Source: Eledone cirrhosa (taxonomy: Eukaryota). From it: a stretch of 64,000 bases of DNA. Each line of letters opens with the position of its first letter. Position 1 is the first letter of the stretch. Position numbers and translations under genes: made by a program. This document shows, one piece after another, positions 21,141-35,060 of the stretch. The stretch is from positions 1 to 64,000 of the forward strand of contig CAXHJY010001629.1 in assembly GCA_964016885.1 (NCBI GenBank). Reading direction: 5' to 3'. A model generated the notes under the pieces. That model worked only from the letters and a program-made list of their open reading frames with translations, had not been told where the DNA came from and did no database searches.

Positions 21141-22668
21141 TATCGTTCAAGCAACTCCTCCCTTCATGTTTCGTGCATGTTCACTCAAACACCATTACTA
21201 CTTCTCCCCCTATTAACTATCAACCTAGCCTCACATACACACTCACTTTCTCTATGTTCCCCCTCTCCCGCTTATTTTTCCTATTTTTCTCATGTTTTTA
21301 TGTTTTACCCATCAGAATTATTTATTTCTTCTTTGCTGAAATATTTATTACAATTCAACTCCTCATTACTAACACCAAAGCTTCTTACTATATTATATTC
21401 CCACCATGACCATTACTAATATACCGTCGCTTCTAGTTGAAATAAATGACTTTTTTTTTTTATTCTCTTGTCAAAATGATGCTTATTTCATATAACACTT
21501 ACTATATTTATATTAAAACGACCATATAAAACGGTTTTGGTTTTATACCAGCTTTCTACATGAGTTTTGTGGTTTATATACGCATGAGGTATATATATAC
21601 ATGGTATAAGCTTGACCGTAGAGCAAAGAATCCCTATAATAATATCTACACTCTACTTTAGTGCTTAGTTGAATAATGGCCTTGTTTTAACTAGTAACAT
21701 CTCATCCACACACAGTTTTTGGTCAGTGGACCTATACAGAACAGGAAAAAGAGGTGGTGGTAATAGTTATTAAGCAGTAGGCGGGTACAGCTATGTTCTC
21801 GCTAAATTGTGTCGACGGTTCTGGTTTCGAATCCTCGTTGGAATCGTTTCACGTTGCTAATTAATACCTTTGTGAAGGGCTTCAATGTCCCAGTCTGTCA
21901 GTATATATATTTTTTGTGTGTCTTAAGAAAAATTCTTATTAAATTGGAGGCATTTTGCCTCTGTCTCTCACAATTTAGTCAAGGTCATTCTGAAATGGTA
22001 CGTCAGGAAATTTATTTTCGAAATCAGATAATCCCAAAATCAGATAATCCCAAATTTATATAACTATTATTCTTAATTAATATTTTAAAATAATAATGCA
22101 AAACAGAATTTGGTTGGGGTGTAAATCAAGAAGAAAAATTTTTTTTTTTTTTTTTTTTTTTTGCTTGAAGATAGGATGGCTGAATATTTTCAGTTGACGG
22201 ACGTTTTTGTCAAATTTTAAGTATATATAGTCTGCTTTGTTCCCATATATATTTATTAAAGCCTTGAAAATGTTTCCATGCAAAACTCATTCGTGTAAGG
22301 TTTTTAAAATTAGCTTACTAATAAATAAAATTGTTATATTTTATATTTGAACAGAAAACGAATTTCCTTTTTTGGTTGGTCTCTTTCCAAAAATCAGCGT
22401 ACTAAGGTGTTTGGTTTTAATATTTTCAAATAACATTACGAATGTTTATTATTTAATAAGTACGTTCATTTCATGATTAATGGTTTTACTAGTTGCTTAA
22501 ATAATTCGAAAACTAGCTAAATGTTTTCTTCTTTCCTTAAAAGTATGTCTCGTTTAAAGAAGAAACTTGGAACGACAAACAACGAGTTTATGTGAAACAA
22601 GTCTTATGCATGTCCACATACATTAAGTATTATAAATGTTTAGATCTTCATAATTTTTTCTCTTTCAG

Positions 22669-23208
22669 ATTTCTTTTCTTGTAAAATCGAACTGAAATTG
22701 TTTCAAGCTAACAGCCTATTTTATAATGTCAAAAAGTTATATAATGATTAACAAATTATGTGTATTTTTATTATAATTAAACTCAGAGTATTTGTGATAG
22801 AAATTTATGTCCTACCCCAAATATTATATATATATTATACTCTGGTTTGTATTTAATCTTGTGACAGTAATTTTGAAGGATGCAGACCCTGCTATGTGTA
22901 ATTTATCTTTATAGTGTGCAGATTACGGTGCTGTTTATGCAGTTAGGCCGTGGAGACGACCGTGCCGTCAATTTGTCCCTTGCGTCGGGGTCTGACATGA
23001 AACGCTTTCCCCCAAGGCGTACCTTGCTTGACTGTGGTTAGAGGTGGGTCAGCGGTGTACATCCACAAGCTGAAGGAATCCACTTCTACTGCTGAATTTC
23101 CGCTGATAGTTAGTACATGCAGGGTTAGTACATGACTGTGTTTTGCTAGTGTGTGATCTGTATGTGGTTTTTAATAGTTCAGCTGACTTGTATTATAATG
23201 AATATTTG
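22669..23208 (+). other. Candidate 5'-UTR exon of the SERTA gene
   Basis: Strong acceptor ttttttctctttcag ending at 22668 and donor ttg|GTAAGT at 23209. Non-repetitive and CpG-retaining at 22920-23105. Confidence 0.35.
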
Positions 23209-23644
23209 GTAAGTATTAAATAAGTTGCTTGGGGTGTGTATGTGTATTATGGTGTGGCTAGAATGTGGGACAGTGGTGTAAGGCGAACTTTTGAAAGGGA
23301 TCAGTTTGTAGGGGGAGAGAACAATTTAGCAAATAGATAAATCTATGGTTTATATATCTCTTGAAGATATCTATTTGCGCTGGATTTTATTCAGTGTTAG
23401 GTTCATTTTATTTTCCATTTAATATAACATTTTATTTTCCATGTAATATAAATTGTATATACGATATCGTGGTAGTTGAGGACTCTTGCTTTCTTTCTGT
23501 CTCACTCGTTATTTCTATACCAATTTTATAGTTTTAGTTTAGCAAAATACCTCATTAAATGCACTATTTGAAACGGTGCTATTAATTCTGAATGCCTTCT
23601 CCGTTTGTGATATTTTATGAAATGCAACGAGTTTTTTTCTTTCT

Positions 23645-23790
23645 GTTCCTACATTTGGGACAAAACCAGCAATTTGAAGGGAAGAGGAAAGTCGATTAAA
23701 TCAAGTCAGTGCATTACTGGTACTTTATTTTATCGTCCCTGTCAGGATGAAAAGCAAAGCTAACCTCTACGGGATTTGAACTCGTTATAA
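23645..23790 (-). mobile_element. tRNA-derived SINE (family 1), 5'-truncated
   Basis: Reverse complement gagttcaaatcccgtagaggttagctttgcttttcatcct...gataaaataaagtaccagtaatgcact. Confidence 0.75.
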
Positions 23791-25449
23791 TTAATGTGAA
23801 ATATTTAGTATAAGGAAAATAAAGGTGTTTTATTTCTCCTTTCAAAAACTTATTTCTTTGTCCTCTATCACATATGTATATACACATAAATATACTTTCC
23901 ACAAAATTTAGTAATGATTGTTTTCTGGAAAAATGGATTTAAGCCTAAATTAGATAGGTTTATCCATTTTAGAGAATTATTTTTTCATGTGAGGGTGAGT
24001 CGAGAAGCATTAACAGGTTTGGAACTTTCATAGTGAATTTTAAGTTCCCCCTAAGAGATTAAAACAAAAAATCTCTTGTGCTAAGTAAGTTACTATAATA
24101 ATTAAAAAAATTTCATTTGAAAATCACCATTGTGATAAAATAACTTCTTAAATTTAGAATTTCAAGTTGTCTAAGTCGTTGCTTTGCGATTCTATAAGTT
24201 ATAATTAATTTTAAGGGAAAGTTCAGAGAAACGATTGGAAAATGTTATGGAAAATATTTTAGAAATCTTTATATCAAAATTTATATATCGATCGCTTCAA
24301 TGCCGTTTGTTGCATTGTGCTGGTTATTGGGTAAAGGGAGGTAATTGAGAAAGTATTATTGATGGGGAGAGACTAGTAGCCTGTGAACATACACACAATT
24401 TAATTTATGGAGTTTGTATCAATTCTTTTTACATGTGCTGTTAATTAAAAAAAAAAAAATTTCGTTTTTACTATATCTTTGTATTACATTTTGTAATTTT
24501 AGAATATTTTTGTATAAATATGTTCATATTTCTGCAAAATATTGATATAGAATTTGTATAACGTGTTTCATTTTAAGATAAACCTCTGTTTATTATATAT
24601 ATTATATAATTTGAATGTCAAAATTACATAGTTTACAATATCAACTTATTTGGTGCTGTAAACTTTTTAGATTTATATTGTTAATTGTATGTCTGTATGT
24701 TTTATGTGATAAATATATACATGAGTACATGTTTTATATAGCCCTTAAATCTTAGATGGTCACCCAAGTGTATCTGAGAGGACATGTAACATGCTGAAGA
24801 CTGGCTTCAATCATGTGAAACAACTGGGTTTGCTCGAGATAAAGATAAATGAAATTTAATGTTAATGTTACTGACTGATTTCTATTAGAAATATGCTATA
24901 ACACACACACACGCACACGCACACACACACATATATACACATATACATATATACATATATACATATATACATATATACATATAGTTTCATAACATCTGAA
25001 CTATCTAAATGCACACAGTGGTGTAGCAGTACATTGAACTAAGTTTAGGGGACAAACAGGTGTAGAGATTTTTCAGTTTTTCATGCTGATTATATTTTTT
25101 ATTTTGTTATGGCTTTTAAGTTTTCCTTGTATTGAGGAGCAACTTAGCTGCCCTAGAATCACATAAAAACGATAATGGTGCTCCATTTCCTCAACTATAT
25201 ATAAAACACACGTTTACAGAAGTGTTTATATATATACACACGTGTGGACATAATTTGGGTGGGTAGGTGGGTGGATGTGGTGTATGTCTATATGTAGTGT
25301 ATCATTGTATATGTATATCAATGTATCTGTTTATATGTAGTGTATATATCAAAGTATGTGTTTGGTGTCTATGTATATTCACATGTGCATCTGTATGTCT
25401 GTATATTCACATGTGCATCTGTATGTCTGTATGTGTATATCTATATCGA

Positions 25450-25484
<35 letters not shown>

Positions 25485-25524
25485 CTGTACCTGTGTGGTG
25501 TGTGAATGTCTGTATCTGTTTGAG

Positions 25525-26260
25525 TTGACATGGCCATGTGATTAAGAAATTGTTTCACAATCCTGAAGATCTAGGTTTTAATCTCAACATAGAAACTTTA
25601 GAAGCTCATTGGGTGGACGTCTACCGTATCTGTATGTTGTCACTGTCATAAGTATTGTCTGGGTACATAAGTTTGTGGAATAGTCACAAACAGGCTGTCC
25701 TATTGGTTGTATTGGCTGTCCTAATGACCTATTGTATGTAGGTTTGTTCAGTTGATCATTCAACTGAAACACTCGATACTAATAGAGAATAGAGGGTGTC
25801 CTTTTACTTTTATTTATATGCCTCTCTGGGTGTATTTAAAGGCATGTGACCTAGTGGTTAGTGTTTTCCCTGATAATTATATTGCTGTGAGTTTGATTCC
25901 TGGACCTGGCATTGCTCAGCGTCCTTGAGCAAAACACTTTATTTAATGTTCCAATTCACTAAGATTGGAGGTGGTGAGGTGAGGTGGATGAGTTGTATCT
26001 GTGATTCAAAGGACCTACCATGTCACACTCAGTACCATACTGAATCTCTGAGAATTACATTAAGGGTACATGAGTTTGTGGAATTCTCAGCCACAAGCAA
26101 GCTGTTCTATTGGTCAAACAAAATCATCAGATTGGACTGTCTGTTGGTTTCGTCTAACAGAAGGAGCAGTGTGAAGTAAAGTATTTTGTGTAGCAACACC
26201 TCATTGTCTGGTCCAAGAATGGAACCAACAATCTTATGAACCCAAGACCCTAATTATTAA
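25525..26260. mobile_element. Cluster of family 2 SINEs (+ at ~25525 and ~25840; - head at ~26150-26260)
   Basis: ggcatgtgacctagtggtta...gagtttgattcc (A/B boxes), then gtccttgagcaaaacacttt. An opposite-orientation head follows. Confidence 0.6.
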
Positions 26261-26329
26261 GGTACAATTTGAACACCTTTTTGTTAAAACCAATGAAGGA
26301 TATAAATTTGTTTTATGGTTACATCTGTT

Positions 26330-26850
26330 ATCATTTAATGCCAGCCTTCCCTGCTAGCAAGGGCTGGATGGGTCTTTACAGAACCAAGTCAGTACTCAGA
26401 CAGAGCTACTAATCACTAGGATGGACAGGGGGCCTGCACCTCACATATGGATCCTTAGTTTGGCAAGTTTTCTAATTTCTGGATGTCCGTCCTATCATCA
26501 ACCACTCTACAGAATGACCAACAGTAGGGAGGTTCTCGTGTTTTTGATGCAGCTGAATAGTCGTACCAAACCTTTGTTTGGGAGGTTTTCTCAAGGTATT
26601 AGTTAACTGTTGGCTTTGGTAGAAGACACTTGCTCAAGATCCTGTGTAGTTGTTGAATCTGTTGTGAAGTAAACTTAACCACACAGTCATGACTATACGT
26701 GTGCGCGCGCACACGCTTGTCCGTCTGTAGATGCCAAGCCAAACCCAGTTCTGTATGAGCAAGACAAGGTCATAGGACCTGGCTTGTCTCAACAGAGCAA
26801 CTTGTGTAACCCATGCTAGCATGGAAGAAAAATGGATTTTAAACAGTGAT
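26330..26850. mobile_element. RTE-type 3'-end fragments in both orientations
   Basis: cccatgctagcatggaag..tggattttaaacagtgat matches the 3' end of the RTE at 53116 and the copies at ~50185 and ~56200. Confidence 0.55.
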
Positions 26851-27608
26851 TTATATATATATAGTAAAGATAAAGAACCCCCAAGCAAGTTCTGTATGGC
26901 GATTTCTTGCAAGGTAAATTGCTTACGGTGCAAACCACACAAGCACTCCAAAGACAGCCTGAAGAAAGTCAACACCAGCACGGAAACATGAGAAAATCTT
27001 GCAACTGATAGAGCCCAGTGGTGAAATCTCATTTCTGTTGGTGTTGAGGAATTTCAAAATAAGTAGAGGGCCTATGCTGCAGTGAAGAAAGCAGTTAAAT
27101 ATATAAGGATGTTAGTCCACCCCAAGAATGGGTTTTCAAAGAAATTCTTACCTGTGGGGAATGCGGATGTGTATGTGTGTCAAAGGTTGAGCTACTAAGC
27201 CATTACAGATGTCGTACAGATGAAAATAACACCTTTGAGTACCCTCATACACCTTGATTTTGCATGTGGCATCTGCAATAAAATGTGTCACTTTGCAAAT
27301 GGGCTAACAAAGCATGCCATACCAACCAGACTGAAGCAAGTGGGGAACTTACATGCCATACCACAAAGTGTGCAGTTAAGTCACTTCCTGGTTTGATGAA
27401 CTATCTAAGGCAGCAACATCAATAACATGTTTGGGAAGTTGTCTATTTGTCCCCTTTTTTCCGTTCTAAGAAGTGGCTATACTCGGCCACGAGTTAGCTT
27501 TTCACTGTATGTGTGTGTGTGCGCGCGCGCGTGTGTGTGTGTATTTGTGTCGAGCGCTAACCTAATATATATCTTCCATATACTGTATCGATTGTGTTAT
27601 TTCTGTTT

Positions 27609-27663
<55 letters not shown>

Positions 27664-28314
27664 TATGTCATCTTAAGTTTCAATATTTGCTTATCACGAG
27701 AAGCATTTTGATACTGAGCTGAAATTCTCTTATGGCGATTTGATGACATTCTGAATTTTCTGAAAGTTGTTTGGACTTAGGGTTTCTGATTTCTTGCATC
27801 CTCCTTGTCTGCCTGTTTAGTCTGTCAGCAACAGCAGCAGTTGTTGTTACACCTACATAGGTTTAGCTGTCTGTTTTCGAGGCTGTATATCTCATAGGAG
27901 GTTTGCTTTCTCAGGTGTTTTAATGACAGGGTTCCCTGTAACTATCATAAAAAGCAATGTGAAATGAAGCGTCTTTCTCAAGTACACAACATGCAGTCTG
28001 GTCCAGCTTGTGAGTCAACACACTCACACCACTAGGCCACGTAATTTCTACTAGTAGTTACTTATAGTTGCCAACTTTCTATTCTCTCTTTAGTCATTTG
28101 ACTCAGTCTGAACTGACCACTCTTTAACCAGCAGTTCTGTTTGAGATATAAAAAAAAAGAAGAAATGTATCCCTATCAATTCTTCATATTTTAAAAGAAC
28201 CATCATACAACAACCGAAGGATCATGTGCAAATATTCTGTATCTCTACTATGTTATATTTAACATTGTCCCACCCTTACTAGCAGGGAAAACGAATGCTA
28301 AATGATGATTATTA

Positions 28315-28509
28315 TTAACCCTTTAGCATTTAAACCAGCCATATCCGGCCAGAATCCTCTCACCTCTTTCTGTTCAAACCGGCTGTAAACTGGCCACTCT
28401 TACTGCATACTGATGTTAAGGTATTGTTCTCAAAATAAATATGAAAATGTCGGATTCAATATTGTGATACAATAGTAAATATAGAGTAATGTAAATGCTA
28501 AAGGGTTAA
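28315..28509 (+). mobile_element. piggyBac-type MITE, family A
   Basis: TTAA-CCCTTTAGCATTTA...TAAATGCTAAAGGG-TTAA. Confidence 0.9.
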
Positions 28510-28931
28510 TTGATTACTTATAAGAATTCAACAATTTATCAATGGTATTTGATAAAAATTATTTAAAGAATTCTTTCTTAGATTATTACCTTCTGGTGTT
28601 CCTTCATTCCCATTCATTTTCAACAAAGTAATGTGACTATAGAACAACCTGAGAGCAATTTCTCAATCTATGTATTTTCTTTTTTTTTCTTCTTCTCTGA
28701 CATCTCTTAAGCAAATGAATCAGTCAGTATTAAAAATTCAATTTACGGAGTTAAAATTCTGAGCATATTTAATGTGAAATGTACCTACCTTACTGTATTA
28801 GTGTTGTTGTTTGTGTTGGGCAATACTTTATAGATACTTGTCATGTTAAGGTATTAATGCCAAGAGGATATTTATTGATGGGTTGTTGCTACTTTAAAAT
28901 CTTTTTGTTATATATATTCCTAATTGGTTCA

Positions 28932-28946
28932 ATTTTATTATTACAG
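28932..28946 (+). other. Splice acceptor preceding the SERTA coding exon
   Basis: attttattattacag|G ends 8 nt before the first ATG. Confidence 0.65.
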
Positions 28947-28954
28947 GTTGTGAT

Positions 28955-29815
28955 ATGCAGCTAGATACAATGGGAGTGAAGCGAAAGTTTGATGACCTTG
29001 AAGCCTCTGTGGATCTTCAATGTTATGGCAAGCAACGTCAATCTATATTAAATATCACAATGCAGAAATTATGTACCATACCAGAACGGCGAGTTGAGCC
29101 ACCACTTTATCGGAATGTTCTCATACGCAATACCTTGAAACATATAGAACAGGAATTACATGATGAAGGCATCTCTCTACCCATGATGCCATCAATGGAT
29201 TCAAATTTTTCTTATACCAATATGGATTCTTCTGACTGTTTTCTTGATCACCTACCTTCTGACTCTTCTGATAGTCAGGACAAAGGAAATCATGATATTG
29301 TGAATAGTATTACTGGCCTTCATCCATTAGACTATACAACATCTGAACATATGGACATTGCAGAAACTGGAGGAGAGACTAACATTGCTGTATCGCCAAC
29401 AGTTCGGTCAGTTAATGGAGATGGTTCCTCCTCTAGTTCTGTTATCCCCATTATGACTTCACTAGATAGACTATCGACTTTTGAAGGCAGTGTAAGCATT
29501 GCCCAGATCCCAAGTCCTTCTAGTTCACTTCAAAAAGCTGATGACATTTTCGGCGATATTGATTTATCGCCGTTTGATGTGGATTTTGTGGCATTGGCCA
29601 ATTCAAGCAGCAAGCTCACACCACTTAGTGCCGAGGAAGTTCTGCATACATTTCCAGGTGTGACCACCACAGGCCTGTCCTCTCCGACATCATCCTCAGC
29701 AACGGCTGAGTCCCCTACTTACACATCACTAATAAACACTCAGTGTAGTTCATATTGTCGAACAGATGTTCTAGAAGATTTGGACAATATCATGCAGATA
29801 CTTATAGAAATTTAG
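28955..29815 (+). CDS. SERTA domain-containing protein (SERTAD2/CDCA4/taranis-like transcriptional co-regulator), 286 aa (281 aa if started at ATG 28970)
   Basis: N-terminal GVKRK; SERTA motif QRQSILNITMQKL...EPPLYRNVLIRNTLKHIEQEL; acidic DDIFGDIDLSPFDVDF; C-terminal DLDNIMQIL. The whole ORF is in one exon, as in vertebrate SERTAD genes. Confidence 0.93.
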   Translation: MQLDTMGVKRKFDDLEASVDLQCYGKQRQSILNITMQKLCTIPERRVEPPLYRNVLIRNTLKHIEQELHDEGISLPMMPSMDSNFSYTNMDSSDCFLDHLPSDSSDSQDKGNHDIVNSITGLHPLDYTTSEHMDIAETGGETNIAVSPTVRSVNGDGSSSSSVIPIMTSLDRLSTFEGSVSIAQIPSPSSSLQKADDIFGDIDLSPFDVDFVALANSSSKLTPLSAEEVLHTFPGVTTTGLSSPTSSSATAESPTYTSLINTQCSSYCRTDVLEDLDNIMQILIEI

Positions 29816-30331
29816 CACCAAACATACAATGGTCTTATAAATTATCAAAGATTTTTCTTTTCAATTATATATTTTCATTACTATTGTAGCTATTTTAAAC
29901 TTTAGATTCAACTTAAATTGAGTTTTAATAGTTATTTACTTCTGTAGGAATTTGTCCTATTAAATTAAGTGAATAATTCTCCCTAAGTTATTTATTTTCT
30001 AAAGTCTGTTTTCCCCTTTCTAAAAATTGGGGCGGGGGAAAAATAGAAGCGGGAACATAAAACCATTTTTTAAAAGAAAATTCACTCAAATCTAATATTT
30101 AATTTAATTGAAATCATATAGCAGAGCCCCTGTAATATCTTCTATCAGCAAAAGTATATTTGTTCCTGACCAATATTTTCTTTAGGTTGAGGGATCACTT
30201 ATCAAATTCCCCAAATCTAAACCAAAGGTTATTAAGGAAGGATTTTCTTCCATTTTGATACATACACTCACACACACACTATTTGAAAAATGTAAATTAT
30301 AAGCCAATGCCATTCCAGTTAGTTACAAAAA

Positions 30332-30371
<40 letters not shown>

Positions 30372-30692
30372 CTATTATTGTATCCCCATTACCACTTAAC
30401 CAAGCCAAGAAAGTTATGTATGTCCATGCGCCTACAATTTTTGTGTGAATGTGTGGGTAGATGTGTGTATGGGAGAGAAGGAAGAATGGGCAAGGGAGAG
30501 AACTTTAGCACTAAGGTGGTTTGAGGGTATGTTGAATATTTGTTTTAAAAAATAAAACTGAAAAATAATCTTTAAAAAAATCCTTTAAAAAAAATGTTGC
30601 CATTATTGGCTATAATGTTTATTTATTAAAATTTAGAGAAAAAAAAATTAATAACTATAACAAAAACAACTTAAACACCCTAAAACCTAGTT

Positions 30693-30739
<47 letters not shown>

Positions 30740-31761
30740 ACACACATGCAAAAAGAAAAGGTGTTATAATAATAATAAAACAAAAAAAAAACAAAACAAA
30801 AAAAAAAACATCAACAGAGCCACAAAACTATTTTCTATATATGTACTTGATGGCAGCAGACTGTTAATATATGTGATCCCACTATGGTAGATTTCACCAT
30901 CTACATTCACTTATATTATCAGAGCCACTGAATATGGTTTTTCCATGTATGTGTATTCGTGTGTATATAAATGCATGTTTTCCACGTGCAATGCATATAT
31001 ATACACACACTTACATATATATATATATATATATTTAAAAAAAATAATAATTAAAAAAAAATCAATATTTGTGTGTTTGTGTGCATGGATGGAAAATGAA
31101 TAGGCTAAGCCTAATATTGAACAGTGTCCAGTCTGGATATTGCTGTGATATACAAGGTTAATTGTTTAAAAAATTTAGAATTTTATTTCTTTTATGCTTG
31201 TAATGGCATAATTTGAAGGAGGACAGAGGCAAAGCTATTGGGGAAGAAGAAAAAAAAAAATATGTATGTAGATAGGGAGCAATCCCATTGAAACCAAATA
31301 AGTATCTGACGCTTTTTCTGTTAACATCTGATGAAATAAACAGGTAAAAATTAGAGAGGCTTAAACCCAGCAGACCAAATCAGAAACAAAAATCCAACTT
31401 CAGGATTAAACAAAGAAAAAATATAATAAAGAAAAAAAAAGACAAAAAAAAAAATCAACAAAAACGAATGGGTCCTTTTCTATGCAGTTAGTGCCTTGGG
31501 ATGAAGTTATTGTAGTAACTTCTATTGGAAGAACAATTTACAGCTATCAATATGTAATATTAAAACTACTGCTACTGTTTTGTTTCTCTCTTTAAAACCC
31601 CCCCTTTGCCTCTCCTCACTCCATCAACTGATTCATCTTTGGTATGGAACACAACAAAGAAGCTCGTCTTAACCAACCCACCCTAATAATGACTTTGAAA
31701 ACTTTGAAAAAATAAAGGAAAAAATAAAACAAAAATATAAAACCCACTACAAACAATGCCA

Positions 31762-31813
<52 letters not shown>

Positions 31814-31829
31814 GAAAAAAACACATATA

Positions 31830-31861
<32 letters not shown>

Positions 31862-31953
31862 CACATATTATACACTCGCATATATATATAAATTATATTC
31901 TCTTCCTATTTTGTGATAATTGACTGCCAAAGAGCTCTTATATCATGGAAATG

Positions 31954-31986
<33 letters not shown>

Positions 31987-32221
31987 TAATTTGTTTCCTT
32001 TTTATTTAAATTTAAAAATAAAAGTAAAACAGAACAAGCTATATATGGGCTTTGATTTTGCCTTCCATGGTGAGACAGATTCCCATATTTTTTTTTTAAA
32101 GGATTACGAAATTGTAGCACCCTTATTTCTCTTTTTTTCCTTTTTTTTTCTTTTTTTTTTTCTTATTATATATAGATTTGCTCTTCATTAGAAAGATAAC
32201 TCAAAAATTTAACTTTCATTA

Positions 32222-32437
32222 TGGGGCGGTGGGTTGGCAGAACTGTTATGGCATCAGACAAAATGCCACAAAGGCATTTAGTTATGGTTCTTTACATTCT
32301 GAACTCAACTCTGCCTGTCATCTTTCCAAGGGTGGGGGTTTGGGGCCCACTAAAATAAAACTCCAGTCGAGTACTGGGGTCAATTTAATCAACTTTCCCT
32401 TTCCCTTCAAAATTGCTGGCCTTGTGCTAAATGAAGA
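32222..32437 (+). mobile_element. tRNA-derived SINE (family 1)
   Basis: ggcggtgggttggcagaa...taaaataaaactccagtcgagtactggggtcaatt...aaattgctggccttgtgctaaatgaagaa. Confidence 0.7.
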
Positions 32438-32965
32438 ATCAGTTAAATGTTTTCTATTGCTTGCTATCTAGATTAATATGTTTCAATTTGTTTTACTGGC
32501 AAGGAGTTATATAAAAAAAAAATACATATATGAAGAGCATAGTTTAAAAAAAAAATTTCCTTAAATTACTGTTAATAATAAATTATGGTTCGAATCTTTA
32601 TTTAGTTACAAATAAAATCAAAATTATATTTAAAAAAAAAAAATAATCAATAAAACCTTGTATCAAAGCTCTGATGGCAATTTAAATCTGGGAAGAAGAA
32701 AAGAAATTGTCAAATTTTATAAAATTTGTTGAACTTTGTTTGTTTTTTATTCTTAAATACAAAATTATGTAATAAAAAGTTCTTATAAATATGAAACAAA
32801 TTCCATATAGATTTCATTTTATCAATGAATCAAGCATATTTTTTTTTCATTTTTGTATTAACCACACAGACAAAGCATGTTCTTTTATACATACACATAC
32901 AAACACATATCATACATATATACTTATATAGATGTATGCACACACACATGCACGCATGCATGTGT

Positions 32966-33021
<56 letters not shown>

Positions 33022-33679
33022 TGTGTTTTTATATATGTATATTATACACACACACACACACACACACATATACATATATATATACACACACATACAAACA
33101 TATCTATATAAATTTAATTTTCCTGTTATTTGGTAAAAGAAAATCTATTTAATTCCATCCCACCAACATGTTTTTGCTTCTAATTTGAATTTTTCAAAGC
33201 AGTTGTCTGAAAAAACTGGTTTTCTATGTATAAAAATAGAAAAAAAAGGGAATTTTTTTTTTTTTTTTGTTGTTGTTGTTAAATTGTACCAAGTGTTGCT
33301 AATGAACGACTGTTATCTCACTAAAGATCAGTCTAATGATTCTCCCATTCTCACACATAATACATACATACATCTATATGCACTACTACGAGGAATGATA
33401 TTACAAAGAGACATTAACTTCTTATTAAAATTGTCTCAATCCAGTTTCATCGTACAGTAAAACTTTTAATGGGCCCCTGAAAATATCTTTTTCTTTAAAG
33501 CACAAACTTCTTCAATTTTATCATTGTAAATATACTTATTTTTTTCTTTTTCAAAAATAGTTTATGCTGCTGTGGGGCTCTTCAACAAGCTATCATCTTT
33601 AATCTTTGTTCTGTCAAAATTAGGGCTAAGTTATTCCAGTGCCTTGTGTCCTATCTACACAGGTAATGTGTAATTGAAG

Positions 33680-33930
33680 CTAACCCTTTCGTTACCATAT
33701 TCCTAATGAAAGACACTGCCTATGATTTTCGAAACATTTTGAAAAATAAAAAATTTGGAGGGATTTAGTAATATAACTAATTTTCTCATTATTTAGCTGG
33801 TATTTATAACATTAAATTTCTTACATAAGATTATAATGGAAGATATTTAGATAAATATAACTTTGAAAGAAACAGTTTTGTATCATAGAATCAGGGGTGG
33901 ATTCAGGGTGTTTGGTATCAAAAGGGTTAA
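33680..33930. mobile_element. TTAA-type MITE, family B
   Basis: (c)taa-ccctttcgttacca...tggtatcaaaaggg-ttaa terminal inverted repeats. Confidence 0.75.
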
Positions 33931-34225
33931 TGAGGATTACACTTAACTAATTTGATTGTTGCTGTAAGTTCTAGTTAAGATTTTTCAAGTGATGGCTTTT
34001 TTGCTTTTACGAACTGCTTATTTACAACAGGTGATTCAATTTATTCAGCAACAAATAAAAGCAAAAAAAACATTGATTTGAAATTCATAGATTGACAGAC
34101 AGTACAATAAGCAAATTTGAAAGGAAGTTATATGATCTCAATACATTGTTCATATTTCTACTGAATTAATCTGCACTGTAATAAGTACATTTTAACTTGA
34201 AGCATTGTTTGATAAAAGATAAACC

Positions 34226-34426
34226 TTAACTCTTTAGCATTTAAACCGGCCAGGATCTTCTCACCTCTTTCTGTTCAAGCCGGCTGTAACCAGCTGCTCA
34301 TACTGATGTTAAGGTATTGTTCTCAAAATAAATAATCTGATAGATTGAATATTGTGAGGTACTTATGAGGTAAAGCCATTACCGCGAACATTTAATAGTA
34401 AATATAGAGTAATGATAAAGGGTTAA
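34226..34426 (+). mobile_element. piggyBac-type MITE, family A
   Basis: TTAA ends and family A internal sequence. Confidence 0.85.
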
Positions 34427-34599
34427 TTATCTTATATATCATCATGGCTTCACTAACAAAGATTTAGAAATGGGGGGGGGGGGGGGGCTGTTGATGTTTA
34501 CTGCAGACTTGTTAGTGGCTGACGAGATCAATATAGGACGGATATTTAGTTGTACTGTCATGCTTTTTCTTCCATCTTCTGTCCTTAAGATCAGCCATG

Positions 34600-35060
34600 C
34601 ATACATGCTCAAAGGAAGAAACAGACTGGAGAATGGTCAGTTATTGGGTGATGGAATCAGAGGCTAAATCAAGATAACTAATGTAGCATGCTTGAATGGG
34701 TTTCTTCAGTGGCCAGTAGAGAGTTTGCCATACAGTGCAATCTCGAGCAGGCAGTGATTCTCCATGCTGAAAACAAGCCATGCCTCACAAGACTGTCCTT
34801 AGAATTGGTCTTGATACTGATCACACCTGCCTGTTCTAGGACTTCAGTTTTGGTAATGAAGTCACTCCTGTGGATATTACAGACACACACTCTATATTAT
34901 ATAATTTCAATGCTGAACATTCTACAAACATTTTAACACCATTCTCTGTTAAAGCAGGTATTAGCTTTGTGGTCCCTATGGTAGGTTTTATACTTATGGG
35001 GCCCTTTTTAAGGCCAGAAGCCCTTGGCACCAAACCTTTTATTCATCTCTTAACACATGC
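34600..35060 (-). mobile_element. Possible highly decayed LINE (RTE-like endonuclease) fragment
   Basis: Raised GC. Minus-strand ENGVKMFVECSALKL resembles the RTE endonuclease motif NENG.RLLE.C...L. Weak. Confidence 0.25.
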
